Source of the DNA: Callorhinchus milii | Taxonomy: Eukaryota | Length of the DNA: 64,000 bases | Direction: 5' to 3' | Assembly: GCF_018977255.1 (NCBI RefSeq) | Contig: NW_024704743.1 | Span: 16,928,001-16,992,000 of the forward strand | Part shown: positions 1-12,900 of the stretch, piece after piece | How the letters are laid out: each line of letters starts with the position of its first letter | Position numbering within the stretch: position 1 is the stretch's first letter | Notes under the pieces: generated by a model | What the model saw: only the letters and a program-made list of their open reading frames with translations | What the model was told of the DNA's origin: nothing | Databases searched by the model: none | Position numbers and translations under genes: made by a program

Positions 1-10
1 GGATGTCAGA

Positions 11-329
11 CTGTGGCTCAGTGGTTAGAGCACTCGCTTTGCAAGTGAGAGACCTGAGTTCAATTCCAGGCAGGGCGAAACCTTGGGCAAGTTTCCTTAC
101 TCCACACGCCTAATAATAATCCCTCCAAAAAAACAAAACAATAATAAATTGGTCATTTTCAATCCATATGACTGTTTGTGGGACATTGCTGTGTGCAATT
201 GGCTGCCGCGTTCGCCCACAAATATACAGTCAATTCACTTTACAGTGTGTTCTGTGAAGCGCTTTGGGACGTCCTCCCGACGTGAAAAGCGCTATATCAA
301 ATGCAAGGATTATTATTATTATTATTATA
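11..329 (+). mobile_element. tRNA(Ala)-like-headed SINE, short form
   Basis: Box A (TGGCTCAGTGG), box B (GAGTTCAATTCC), Deu-like 3' body, L2-type tail, (ATT)n end; many close copies in the window. Confidence 0.9.
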
Positions 330-384
330 AAGGAGTTTGATGCAAAGTCCCCACACATTTGAGAGAGAGAAATAATTTAATTAC

Positions 385-625
385 ATTTTCATAGCACCTT
401 ACCATGGCTCAATGTCTCCACAGCAACTGTTTATATAGGCAGACATGGCAGTTAGTTGTGCCAGCAAAGTTCCACAAACACCCAGTTCCACAAAATGACT
501 AATTTTATTTGGGGATTCTTGGCCAGGACACTGTGAGAAAGTCCACTTTCTATTCAAATTGTGTCATGGAGTCTTCATTGTCTGCCAGAACTGATAGTCT
601 GCACCTTGGTTTAATATCGGATCCA
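385..625 (-). mobile_element. Old Deu-domain SINE remnant
   Basis: Reverse-complement GTGTCCTGGCCAA and GTTTGTGG motifs shared with the 7690 and 55065 copies. Confidence 0.5.
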
Positions 626-972
626 TAAGACACCTAACTTGTCAACACTCGCTGTCTGGATTCATGCTGGCAGATTCCAAACTGCAGTTTAGGCTCTTGG
701 AACCGTACCCCAAAGTGAGTCAGTGATTCAGAAGAAAGAGGAGAAGATTAGAGAGAAATGAGAATGAAGTGGTCAAGATGCAGAAATGGTGACATTCAGC
801 CTCACGCTGGAGGCTCACAAGAGGCAGGGCGGAAACTGAGTGCAAGCTACTTATTTCAGAAGTGAGAACCAGGGTGGCTGCCACGTGCGTGAGGAGTTTG
901 AGGAAATCTGTGTCTTATTCTCCACTGCTACCTCAGTACGGTTTCTCTTAAGTCGTTCTGCACTAGAGTCAC

Positions 973-1291
973 ATTATAATATTATAATAATCCTTGCATT
1001 TGATATAGTGCTTTTTCATGTCTTCTCGACGTCTCAAAGCGCTCCACAGAATAAACTGTAAAGTGAATTGACTGTATATTTGTGGGCAAAACGCAGCAGC
1101 CAATTGTGCACAGTAGTGTCCCACAAACAGTCATGGAATGAGTGACCAATTTATTATTATTTTGTTTTTGGAGGGATTATTATTAGGCGTGTGGAGTAAG
1201 GAAACTTGCCCAAGGTTTCGTCCTGTCGGGAATTGAACCCAGGTGTCTCGCTTGCAAGGCGAGTGCTCTAACCACTGAGCTACAGGACTCC
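973..1291 (-). mobile_element. tRNA-derived SINE, short form, full length
   Basis: Reverse complement of the GGAGTCCTGTAGCTCAGTGG...(ATT)n family. Confidence 0.9.
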
Positions 1292-1619
1292 ATTGCCAAT
1301 AGTTCTGCCCAAGTTAGTGTTGTTGGGGTTGGAAAAGTGTTTTTCAACAGAATTCACTATTTACAACTACAAATCCTGATGAAAATCTTGCCAGTTACCA
1401 GCAGAATTTGCTTATAGCAACTTTGAGTCCTGATGTAATACCTGACATTTACAATCTTAGAAACTGCATGTCACTCTTGGGGAGTCCTGCCAGTTACCAG
1501 CAGTCAGCAGTCAATTCATGGAATTCCTGCTCGGAAGCACTTGGTATAAATCGTAGTGTACCCAGCCAACTCTGCAAGCAATATTCTAAATATTTGCTCA
1601 CCTTCGGCTTCAGTTATAC

Positions 1620-2020
1620 AACAACAGCAACATTTTGCAATTATATCAAGCCCTTTGCATAGCATAAAATCTGGAGCACTTCACAGTGGAATTGGAGGTG
1701 GTCAGGTCAGACTCTGAGAAAGGGAGGGGGAGGTAACCATAGGCATGGGAGAGAGGTAGGTCTTCTGGTGGGATTTAAAGACAAATAAAGAGAAGAGCGA
1801 GGTGGAGGGACACAGGCAGGGAATTCCAGAGGTGGGACATAGTGACCAAAGACTTGGCCACCTATGGTGGCACGGAAGAGGCGGTGAACACAGAGGCCTG
1901 TGGTAGCTGAACGGAGGGAGGGTGCAGATACAATACAAAACAAAATTACAATACAATACAAAATTACATTTGTATAGCTGGGTAGAGGAGTGGGGTACAA
2001 GGAGCTCAGAGAGGTAGGGA
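1620..2020 (-). mobile_element. Decayed L2 LINE 3' fragment
   Basis: Similar to the 6262-6650 region (GAATTCCAGAG, GA-rich). Confidence 0.5.
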
Positions 2021-2205
2021 GTTGTAGGTTTAGATGTCAACTATTGTAGTTATCAGATATTTGTATTTGTAGATATTGTGGTTCAAAGCTTTGAGTTTTT
2101 TCTCTGTGGACATAGTGGACATTTTTTCTCTGTGGACATAGTGGACATAGTGGTCTAAGATCCTGACCATGTGATCAAAAAAGACTAGTCAGGTTAAGAA
2201 TAACA

Positions 2206-2320
2206 TAATAATAATCCTTGCATTAGATATATAGCGCCTTATCAGATTCTCGAGAAGTCTCAAAGCGCTTCACAGTAAAGTGATTGACTGTATATTTTGT
2301 GGTCGAAACTCAGCACAGTT
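2206..2320 (-). mobile_element. SINE 3' fragment
   Basis: ATAATAATCCTTGCATT...CAAAGCGCTTCACAG. Confidence 0.75.
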
Positions 2321-2698
2321 TGCTTTGAATCCATAATTAATATCGAGCTGCATTGCCAATGTCTCAGTGCTAGAGGCTCTCAGTGAGCTGTGGATCAATG
2401 TCCAATCCTAATCACACAAGAGGTTCTCCCTCTAGGGGCTTAAAAGCTGCATTGCGGTTAACCCTGAACTTAACCTCTGAACAAATTGCAAAGACCACTG
2501 TATAAGGAAGGGAAGTATCCAAAAAGCTTGTGACATATTGGACATGTGTGGTTATCTTTGTTATATTTATCACTTCGTCTACCGCATATGACGGGAAATT
2601 ATTCTCTATTACTATAGAGCATCTGCTAATTCTATTAACTTCAAGGCTTTCATGCCATTGGATGGCTATATGCATTTCCATGTGCTTGATATTTTCAT

Positions 2699-3082
2699 GG
2701 AGTCCTGTAGCGTAGTGGTTAGATGACTCGTCTCATAAGCAAGAGGACCTGGGTTCAATTCCCGGACAGGGTAAAACCTTATGTAAGGCACGTTTCCTTA
2801 CTCCAAATGCCTCTGTTTACTTAGCAATAAGTAGGAATTCGGTTGTTAATCATTTGGCGGATCGCTTTTCCGGGGGTAATAATCACTTAAAAAAAAATAA
2901 TAATAATAATTTGGTCACTCAATCTATGACTGTTAGTGGGACACTGCTGTGCGCAATTGGCTGCTGTGTTTTGGCAACAAAACATACAGTTAATCAACTT
3001 CACAGTATATTCTGTGAAGCGCTTTGAGACGTCTCAAAGGTATGATAAGGCGCTATATCAAATGCAAGAATTATTATTATTA
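2699..3082 (+). mobile_element. tRNA-derived SINE, long form (extra ~64-nt internal block)
   Basis: Same head and tail as the short form, plus a CTCTGTTTAC..AGCA..GGGGG block. Confidence 0.88.
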
Positions 3083-3787
3083 TAAGATTAACTGGCTGAA
3101 GGAGCCTCTGATCCTTAAAGCTCTTAAAGCTTCAAGCTATTGCTATTGATGTTGGATGTGAGATAACAACAACAAATCACATTTGTACAGTAATTTCACA
3201 TCAGAAGGACGTCCCAAGTTGCTAAAATAGGATAACAATGATTTTCTTCCTTTGGACAGTACTTCCGAGTTCCATGTTAAATTGAACAGAATTCCAGTGT
3301 GTTTTCTGAGTGTTTAATGTGAGCTGGTCAGGAGTTGAATCCATCTCAGATTGTATCGAAAGCAGTCACAGACATCATCGAACCCATGCTTGCAACTGGC
3401 AGAATGGTTCACACTAATCTCACCAATTTTCACTTGTAAAGCACCTTCCCTATACAATAACACTATTTGAAAAGAGGTTTTTGAAGGATTACCCCAAGAA
3501 AGTATGTGCTGCAACTCTGCCTTTGCCCCATATCCCTTGATACCCTGACCCAACAGATATCTATCCACCTCAGTCTTGAACTTGAATGGATCCAGTATCC
3601 ACAGCCTGTTGGGGGAAGAGAGTTCCAGATTACCATTGAAGAGTGAAGGGTATCAATACATAACAGATCACAGGTCCATCAACGGAACGAGTATTTGCTG
3701 CTGCAAATCTTGGAATAACTCCCACCACCTTAAACTTGCTTTGGGTATGAATAATTTGGCGAGTGACTTTTGCCTTTTTGTTTGTAG

Positions 3788-3955
3788 GGGAAAAGTGGAG
3801 TTGGATCTCCTGGTCTCAAAGGTGAGAAGGGTGAGGCGGGATTGCCGGGTATTCCTGGGTCCCCCGGGCCAGTCGTTGTTCCTACAGTTCCAGCAATACC
3901 TGGCCCACCGGGTCCACTGGGCCCACCAGGTCTGCCGGGCAAAGATGGTCCAAAG
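3788..3955 (+). CDS. COL15A1: Exon w1 (168 nt) [21 protein letters not shown]...GKDGPK
   Basis: tttgtag acceptor, gtgagt donor, Gly-X-Y. Confidence 0.9.
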
Positions 3956-6900
3956 GTGAGTAACATTTCATCTTTGTGGTACATTTTGAATGCGGTCAAA
4001 ATATTTTATTCTCAGAGCTTTGTCTAACCTAACCGAGGACACCGGAGTCCCAAATGATCTCAGCTTGAAGCCCATTGCTTGATCATTTAGGGTTAGGCAG
4101 GATTTTGGAAAATTCTTGTTACTCAGTCTTAATTTAGAAGCGGGTTTTCCACAGTTCTTAAAACAACCTGCAGAAAACCGGTATCTCGGTGAAGGTTGAA
4201 AAATTCTGTACAACCTTAAACGTTAAGACTTTGTTCTACATGCTGAGATGATTGTTGTCTAAGGTAGACCAGCGCCTGCTCTGTGTTCTCCCCACAGCAC
4301 CAACCAGCATAGACTTGTTGGCAGCAGCTGGGATGTTGTCCAACTGATAAGGGTTATACTACGTCAAATACCAGTGAAACTCTGCAGCAAACTGCTGCCT
4401 AAGCAATCGGATGGTCTCATCTCTCGCATGACTGCATGTTGAAACCAGTTTGTGCTGGAATTTGGGCTTTGGTAAAAAGCTACAATACAAACCTTTAACC
4501 ACTGTGTCACTGCCTGCCTATTTTTGAGAGGAGCGGCTCATTTTAACACTTTTCACTAAATGTGCCTTTTCATTTGCAGGGTGTACCTGGAAAAGATGGA
4601 AAACATGTAAGTGCTTTAAATTATGACAAGGCGCCTTTGCGCTATATAAAAAATGTTTCATTTGTTCAGTGTGCAGTGATTCACAGGAACATGTTCCTCA
4701 TGTGTGCTCTCCTTAACCAGACACCTGGTTTATATGTCCTTCCAAACAATCCTTGTAAAACCCTCATCATTGTCCCCAAAAGAAAAGGAAAATATTTTAG
4801 GTGACGGAAAAATCACATCAACATAAGAATTTTGTTCCATTGTAGATATAAAGATACCATTCAACAGGAAACTATCAAGTTCATTTTAAAGAAGGAAACT
4901 TGAATTTTTATAGCACGTTATCACATTTCAAAGAACTTCACAGGTAATTACAGTCGGGAAAAGTGACTGCCTCTTACTAAATGTCACTTTCAAGGTGATC
5001 AATCAATTTATATGGAGGATTGTTGCCCAGGAAATTGGAAGAAATTCTCTTTTCAAGAAGTGTAATGGGATCTTTAACGTTAACCTGTGTGTCAGCCTGG
5101 CTCAGCTGGTAGTACTCTCGCCTCTAAGCCAGAAGGTTACAGATCCAAGCTCCATGTCGGGACATTGTACTCATGTAGTCTATGCTGACACTCCCAATTC
5201 AGTGCTTGGGATGTGCTGCTTTACTGGAGGTGCCATGTCAGATGAGACATTAAACCGAGGCACCGTCTTCCTGGTTGATAACTGGTTATCAATTTCATGG
5301 TTGTTTTATGGGACATTGCTGTGTGTACAAATTGGCTGCTGTGTTCACCCACAAAATATACAGTTACTCCACTTTATTCTATATTGTGTGAAGCTCTTTG
5401 AGACATCATACTGATGTGAAAGATCCCATACTAAATGTAAGGATCATGATTATGAAGCTGAAGACCAGGCAAACATGACCTTGGTTTAACACCTGATCCA
5501 AAGAACAGCAATACAGGGTTGATTAATAATATATTGGAGCATCGTCCCAGAATATGAGTTTATGTCCCAGCATGGAATTTAAAACTGCAATGTTCATCCC
5601 CAAACTGACTTTGAACAGGAAGAAAAATAGATCATCATGCGGAGATGTTTGAAACAGCAGAGACACTTTATTATATCAGTAATTTATTTGATTTATGACT
5701 GACGGAGAGCTCATTCTAAGCTGGAGAGTAGAACTGAAATTTAATTTCATAGCTAAAATTCTATCAACAAATGCAGACAGAAGCACCATTAATTATAAGA
5801 GGAAAGAGAGTAATTGAGAAAAACCTGAAGTGCGTGGTAATGAAGTGGAAATAAAACATTTAATTGTTCATGAATTCTTAACTGCAGAACAGCACTTAAC
5901 CCCCAAGTGTAAATGAGTTGCAATGAATAACCTTGCCGAGCTATGCCGCCCACACTCAGTTGGGCTTTCCACAAATTATATTATCACAGTGTGTTCGCAA
6001 GCACTTATACGATGCATGGTTCATTGTGTTTGCCACCTGGAGGACATTACTACAAGTTGTGGTTGTTGTTGTTGAACTGGTTTCCATGGAGAAGACACAT
6101 ACATTTGGTCACTCACTCCATGACTGTTTGTGGAACATGGCTGTACGCAATTGCCTGCTGCGTTTATATATTTATAATCTACTATTACAACTACAACTTG
6201 CATTTATATAGCAGCCCTCACACAGGAGAGTGTCCCAGAGCTCTGGTATGGTCTGTGAAGCCAAACAACAACGGATTGCATTTGTATAGCGCCTTTCACG
6301 TCGGGAGGACGTCCCAAGGCACTGGACAGTCAGGGTTTCGGACCTGAGTTAGGGGTCGGGATTGGGGAGGGTGGATGGCAGTGGGGGAAGCAGGGTGATT
6401 GAAAGCACAATCGAAGAGGAGGGTCTTGGACTGGGTCTTGGAGGGGGCGAGGTGAAGGGACTGCGGGATGGAGTTCAAGAGTGGGGGGGCAGAACAGCAG
6501 AAGGCCCGCCTGCCAATAGTGGGGCAAGCGAGGCGGTGTTCGTGAAGCAGGCTGGAGCCCACTGGAGGGAGCGAGCAGAATGGTAGGGGGTTAGGAGGTC
6601 GCAGAGGTATGAGGGAGCAAGACCATGGAGGACTCTGAAGGTGAGGACTAAGGTCTTGAACTGTATCCTCTGTGTGATGGGAAGTCAGTGGAGTCGGACG
6701 AGGAGGGAGGTGATAGGGTCACGGAGCCTGGTGCGGGAAAGGACATGGGCTGCAGAGTTCTGGATAATCTGCAGCCTATGGAGGGAGGAGTTGGGGAGGT
6801 CGACAAGCAAGGAGTTTGCGTAGTCAAGCCTGGATGTAATGAAAGCATGTATGAGGGTTTCGGCGGCCTGTGGTGTGAGACAGAAGCGGAGCCGGGCAAT

Positions 6901-9900
6901 GTTGCGGAGGTGAGGGAAGGCAGAGCAGGTCATGGCGCAGATGTGGGGTAGAAAGGATAGTTGAGGGTCAAACAAGATGCCAAGGTTCCGGACTGGCTTA
7001 GTAACGTGGAGTGTACATCCATGGATGGTGATGCTGTCAGCGCCTGAGGTGAGGAGGCGCTGACGGGAGCCAATCAAGAGAGCCTCAGTCTTGTTGATGT
7101 TCAACTGAGGAAAATTAGCTTTCATCCGACTTGATGTCTGACAGTCTGGAGTCAAGGGTGGAAGCAGAGAGGTAGAGTTGGGTGTTATCCACATACATGT
7201 GGAAGTTGACCCCATGTCTGCGGATGATGTCACCAAGAGGGAGCATATAGATGTTGAGGAGGAGGGGACCAAGGACAGATCCTTGAGGAACACCGCACGA
7301 GACGTTCCGGGCGCTAGAGGAGAAACCATTGTGGAGATGAAGTGGAGGCAATGTGAGAGATAGGATCTGAATCAGTCAAGGACAGAGCCATGGAGGTTGA
7401 GGTGAGGAGAGGCGATGGATGAGGATAGAGTGGTCTACGGTGTCGAAGGCAATAGAGAGGACAAGAAGGATGAGGAAGCAGAGGGAGCCCTGGTCGCAGA
7501 TGGACAGAATGTCATTGTCATTTTGACCAGGGCTGTTTCTGTGCTGTGGGCTGCACGGAAACCCAATGGGAGGGGTTCGTGAGGGGAGTGGCGGGAGAGG
7601 AAGGAGCGAAGCTGGGAAGCAACAACTCGTTCCAGGACCTTGGAGAGGAAAGGTTAATCAAGTATATGATAGGCTGGTTAATCAATGGTCAGTTGATAGC
7701 ACTCTCCTCACTGAGTCAAAAACTTGTGAGTTTAAGACCCACATTAGGAATTTTAGCCCATAGTGAAGACTGACTATCCAGTGCGATGCTGGGGATGAGA
7801 TGTTAAACTGGGGTCCCATCTGCTTGTTCAGGTGAATGCTAAAGATCCCATAGCACTATTCAAAAAGAGAGGGGAGTTTCTCCTGGTGTCCTGGCCAACA
7901 ATCCTCCAGATAAATTATTCATTCACTTCATGACTGTGGGACATTGCTATGTGCAAAACTGGCTGCTAAATCACCTACATAATCTTTCCACTTTATAGTA
8001 AACCCTGTGAAGTGCTTTGAGTCTAGGCTACAAGCTCAAAGTGCTCTTGTGGATTTGGTAATCAAAATTTAAATTCTCTCAGGCTTCAATTGAGATTTAT
8101 AATAATCCTTATATTTGATATTATGTCCTTCACATCAGGAAGACGTCTCAGTGCGTTTTACAAGATGTACTGCAATTGTAATGAATAACTGTGTACTTTG
8201 TAGACAAACTTCTCGGTAAATAAAATATGTTTAATTCTTTCAGTCTTTTAATTCTTTTGTTGTTTAAATTCAGGGTGAACAAGGACCTGCTGGATTTCCA
8301 GGAACTCCAGGTGATCTGGGCCCCAAAGGAGAGAAGGTACATATATTTGGACTGTAAATTTCACCCCTATAGCCCATCCAGGGCTGATATTTCCTGTCCA
8401 TGTGATACTCCCTCCAGATTTCATACTAACATTTTCAGCTCACACATTGGACTTCATCTGAACCCTTTTAGTGAGATACTAGCTACTTTTGAATTTTTTG
8501 TTCAGTAAAAAGCTGGGGTCCCACAAACCAACAGCTGAAGCGCGAGACACAGAAATCCAGGGTCTTGGGCACGGTCTCTCTGAACCCACCATTCAGACCT
8601 GTGTTGGGCAGGGAGTCAGCTTCCTGCCCTTTAAGTGTGACAGCTTTTACATAAACCCCAGATTTCAGTGCCTAATGTTGGATTCCAGTTATGTAATTTA
8701 TTTTGTCAGCCAGGTATCTGATATGTGCGGAAAGCCATCACCAGACTTAAGACTATTCACACCAGTCTGAGAGATCCATATGTAGAACCATGGAAATGTA
8801 CAGCACAGAAGAAGACCATACGGCCCCTCATGTCTGTGCTGATTCCCTCAAGAGAATTCCTTTCAGTCCCATCCAATATGTATTATACCCACACATGGAG
8901 ATTTCCCTATGGCTGGAATTGAATGCATACAAGTGGGATCCACCCTGCTACCAAATTCCAGAGAGTATTAGATACAGGTTGACAAGAGCCTTGACTTGGG
9001 GACCCCAGATTGTGCATTGGGTCCTCCTGGAGTTTAACCTAACAAAACTACAAAGCACTGTCTGGCAAGCTCGATTTCCTCCCCCTCAAGGAGGATAGAG
9101 TTTACGTCGTCTTGTGACTCAAACTGAAGGCTTCACCTTTTAATTCTCAGCAACTGAGAATATGAATGACAGTTGTGCAATGTTGCATCTCAACAAGATT
9201 TGCCACGCACCCACTAAGGGCACATTGTAAATGCTTCATAATCCAAACTGCGATTATAATCCAAACTAGAGAATAGAAACCAGGGGTAGCACAGAATGGA
9301 TGCTGGTGAGTAAGGTACAGTATAGGTGTCATTTATTATGAGTTAGCTGGAGGATCGTGTTGCATCCAAGCCGAGAACCAGGAGAGCCCCTTTATCTCTC
9401 TAGATGTAAGTGTGAGGATGACAGTGGAGTGTCAACTCAGTCTGTTTTACCAGTATTCTGGTGCCTGGTTCCAAGCATTGGAAGGGGAAAACTGCCCTTT
9501 CTCCAGCACTCACCGTGACCGCTGATGTTCAATATCATACAGCAAATCAAGGTTCCCCTGCCCTTTCTTCCCTGAAGTGGAATATTTCAGGTTTCCATTA
9601 ATAATGCACAAGCTGTGTGTCGCTGTCACGTTGTAGGCCAGTGTGTGGCAAATGCTGTTTCTCTAGTAGAAGGGTAATGTGAGAAATCAAGCAATTCAAC
9701 ACTACATATTCTGACAGTGTGTCAGAAAGGATGCCTGTCCCCTCTATTTTCATGTGTCTATGTTGGAAGCAGTGTTGTTTTTGAGGGAGTGTTGAAGATG
9801 CTAATCTTGAATATGAATGTTTTCTTTGTTTTAAGAGTAAAGTAGATAAGTATCTGAAAGGAGAAAGAAAACGGGGAGAAAAGTGGTGGAAGGGACGAAA

Positions 9901-12900
9901 TGGAAAGCTCTTTCAGAAAGCCAGTCCAGCACGATTAAATGAATGGCCTTCTTCTGTGCTGTAAATTTTTATGGCTTTGTGGTTGTATTGCTTAGTGTTG
10001 ATAGAGATGACCCGTATGTATATTCACCTTGCCCAGTCTAGCAGATACCTCTTTAATAGCATCAGTGGCATGTTTGATGTTTATCATATCACCAGTGTCT
10101 TTTTGGTTAGATTCCCTAAAGACATAGGAGGTTTTTAACAAGATTTTTCAGGTTTTTCTTGATTGAATATTTCTTGATTTATGGCCTATGATACAAGATA
10201 AGATAAACAATTTTTTTTGTGGAAATAAAGGAACTGTATGCTGGTATGCAGGGAGTTTAGGGAGAACTTCTTTATTCAGAGGGTGGTGAGAATCTGAAAC
10301 TAACTGCCAGAGAAGCATTATAAAATATATAGAAATACATGAAATGTTACTGAAACAAGAGCCATTATAACAACCTCCAGTGGATAAATCATCATACAAA
10401 CAATTGTCTTTCAATAAACACGGCATAGACCAGTTGGGCCGAATGGCCTGTTTCTGTGCTGTATATTCTAATGTATTATAAAGTGTTCTGTAGTAACTAA
10501 TGGAACTTATGCAGAGTGTGGTAAGAATTGGATCTCATTGCCGAAGCTGTGGTTGAAGCACAAAGAATCAATGTATTTAAGAGGAAACTCGATGCATACA
10601 TCATAATAATAATACTAATAATCCTTGCATTTGATATAGCGCTTTTCACATCGGGAGGATGTCCCAAAGCGCTTCACAGAACACACTGTAAAGTGAATTG
10701 ACTGTATATTTGTGGGCGAATGCGGCAGCCAATTGCGCACAGCAATGTCCCACAAACAGTCGTGGATTGAAAATGAACAATTTATTATTGTTTTTGGTTT
10801 TGGAGGGATTATTATTGGGCAACTTGCCCAAGGTTTCGCCCTGCCTGGAATTGAACTCAGGTCTCTCGCTTGCAAAGCGTGTTCTCTAACCACTGAGCTA
10901 CAGGACTCCACATGAGCGAGAAGGGAATAGAGGGGTGTGGGAGAGGGGTTAGGAGGGGTGGAGGCTCGTATGGAGTAAATACATCAGCATGGTCTAGTTG
11001 GCCAAAAGGCCAATTTCCGTGCTGGTAACTATGTTATTCTATGTAACTACTCTGTACAATTCTGTGTAACTTTCTAACCTACTGTTTGGTGTGTTACTTA
11101 ATTTCCCATTTAGGGTGATCCTGGATTTTCTGGTCACCCAGGCCTACCTGGTCTTCCCGGTCCTCCTGGCCCACCTGGTCCTTCCACTCAACTCGTGAGT
11201 AAAGCTGATTTAACCTAAACAGCCATTTCCTCTCTAACCAGTCTTTGTTCTATAGCTATTTAGTTTGAGTCAATTACAGGTATTATGGATGCTCTACATT
11301 ATGTCCCTCGTGCCCTCCGTTCCACTATTGGTGACCGTGTTTTCAACCACTACCCCCCCAAACACTGGAACGTTCTTCCTCTAACCCTCCAGCTTTCCCC
11401 CTCTTTCCCCATTTTCAGGTTGCACCTGAAGACATTCCCCTTTGATCATGCCTACGGCTCAGAGTCGTGCTCCGCCATTGTCAAGCGCTCTGGGACGCTA
11501 CCTTGCATGAGGTTGCGTTGTATCAATGGAAGTTGTTGTTGTTGCTCTGTTCAAAGGGCTTTGATAAGGTAAAATATGGAGAGATCGTTTCCACTGATTG
11601 ATGAATCAGTAACAAGAATACTTTAAGTTGGGGAAGCATCACCAGAAGAAAAACAAGAAAAATATTTATTTTATCCTCAGAGGGTTGTTACAGCATGGAC
11701 TGTCCTACTATTGAAACTAGTTCCAACATGTAAATATTTGAGGAAACAAATAATATTCCTGCATTTGGTATAGTGCCTTTGATGGTGGGAGGACATCTCA
11801 AAGCAAGATTAATTGTGAAATGGTGTGAGTGTATACATTTTTGTGAATGAATAATTGTGGGCGAAAACAATAACAACTATTTCATTGTAGATACTTATAG
11901 CTCAATATTAAGGGTGCTCATAGAAGCTGAAAATAATATGCTCTTCTGGTTAAAATAACTTAAATTACTGGTACCTTTAAAGGCTGTTGCTCAGCATTTG
12001 GACTGAACAATACTCAAGTTATTTAATACCATTGTGTATCTGTATGTCAGTTTATACATTTTAAGAGATGATGGATATAATGGTAACCACGCAGCTTACC
12101 AACACAAGGCTCTGGTAAGGTTCACAGTAGTTGCCCAGCTGTGACCAAAATACCAGCTAACGCATTGCCTTGCAGCCTTCAGAACTTCTCAAGATCTCCA
12201 TGTCTCAAAGATGAGCCAGACAAGCTGGTTAACTATCAATCATTTAGTGGGTGGCTGTGGACCAGCCTGTACCAAGTGTACGGTTTAGTTCAGGTTCTGG
12301 ATATCATATCCTCCATGATCAAATACAACAACAAATTGTATTTATATAGCCTGACAATACTCACAGTCAAGCCTCAACCATGATGAATGGGTATTTAGGC
12401 CATAAGATTGGGTAAATCAAAGTACTCATCAAGATCCCAGAGGGCTAACAACACCAGCAACAACAGAGAGGAAAGGAAAAGACACACCCATTACTGCACT
12501 TAAGCAAAGATTGTAAGCTTTGCCATTGGTAATTGTTAGTAGCATTTAAATACTTTTTCTTTTAGTGTATTGCAATAAACGCTCTTTTTCTTTTCTCTTT
12601 TCCCAACACATCAGGGGGTCCTGGGAGTGTCGGAAGGCTCAGGTGTTGATGGGTTTGTGGACAGTGACATGGAAGTAACTCGTGTAAGTGCCTCACTGCT
12701 GATCAGGGGGAAGTGCAGCTACTAGGCAGAATTACTGACTTTGCCTGTGTGGGAATCCCACTATCAGCGCAAAGATCAGTCACTCTGATCAGCGCTTCAC
12801 ACTCCCCACCAGTCCTTTGATTCTTTTCCCATCAGGGATTCTGCACCCTTCTCCCACCCTGGTCCTCCTCTTCTACACTGGCCTCCACTACATCACTGAC

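Noticed and set aside
83..340. Recurring small ORF '[23 protein letters not shown]' as a multicopy gene family
   Set aside because: It is a translation of the SINE body; starts, frames and lengths vary between copies.
2096..2155. Short local tandem duplications (also 12895-12955, 50190-50242, 58585-58622)
   Set aside because: Ordinary slippage duplications with no sign of function.
3730..3999. Minus-strand Gly/Pro-rich ORFs (also 23045, 31521, 43023, 53478) as an antisense collagen gene
   Set aside because: They are antisense shadows of GGN-CCN codons in the + strand exons; splice signals fit only the + strand.
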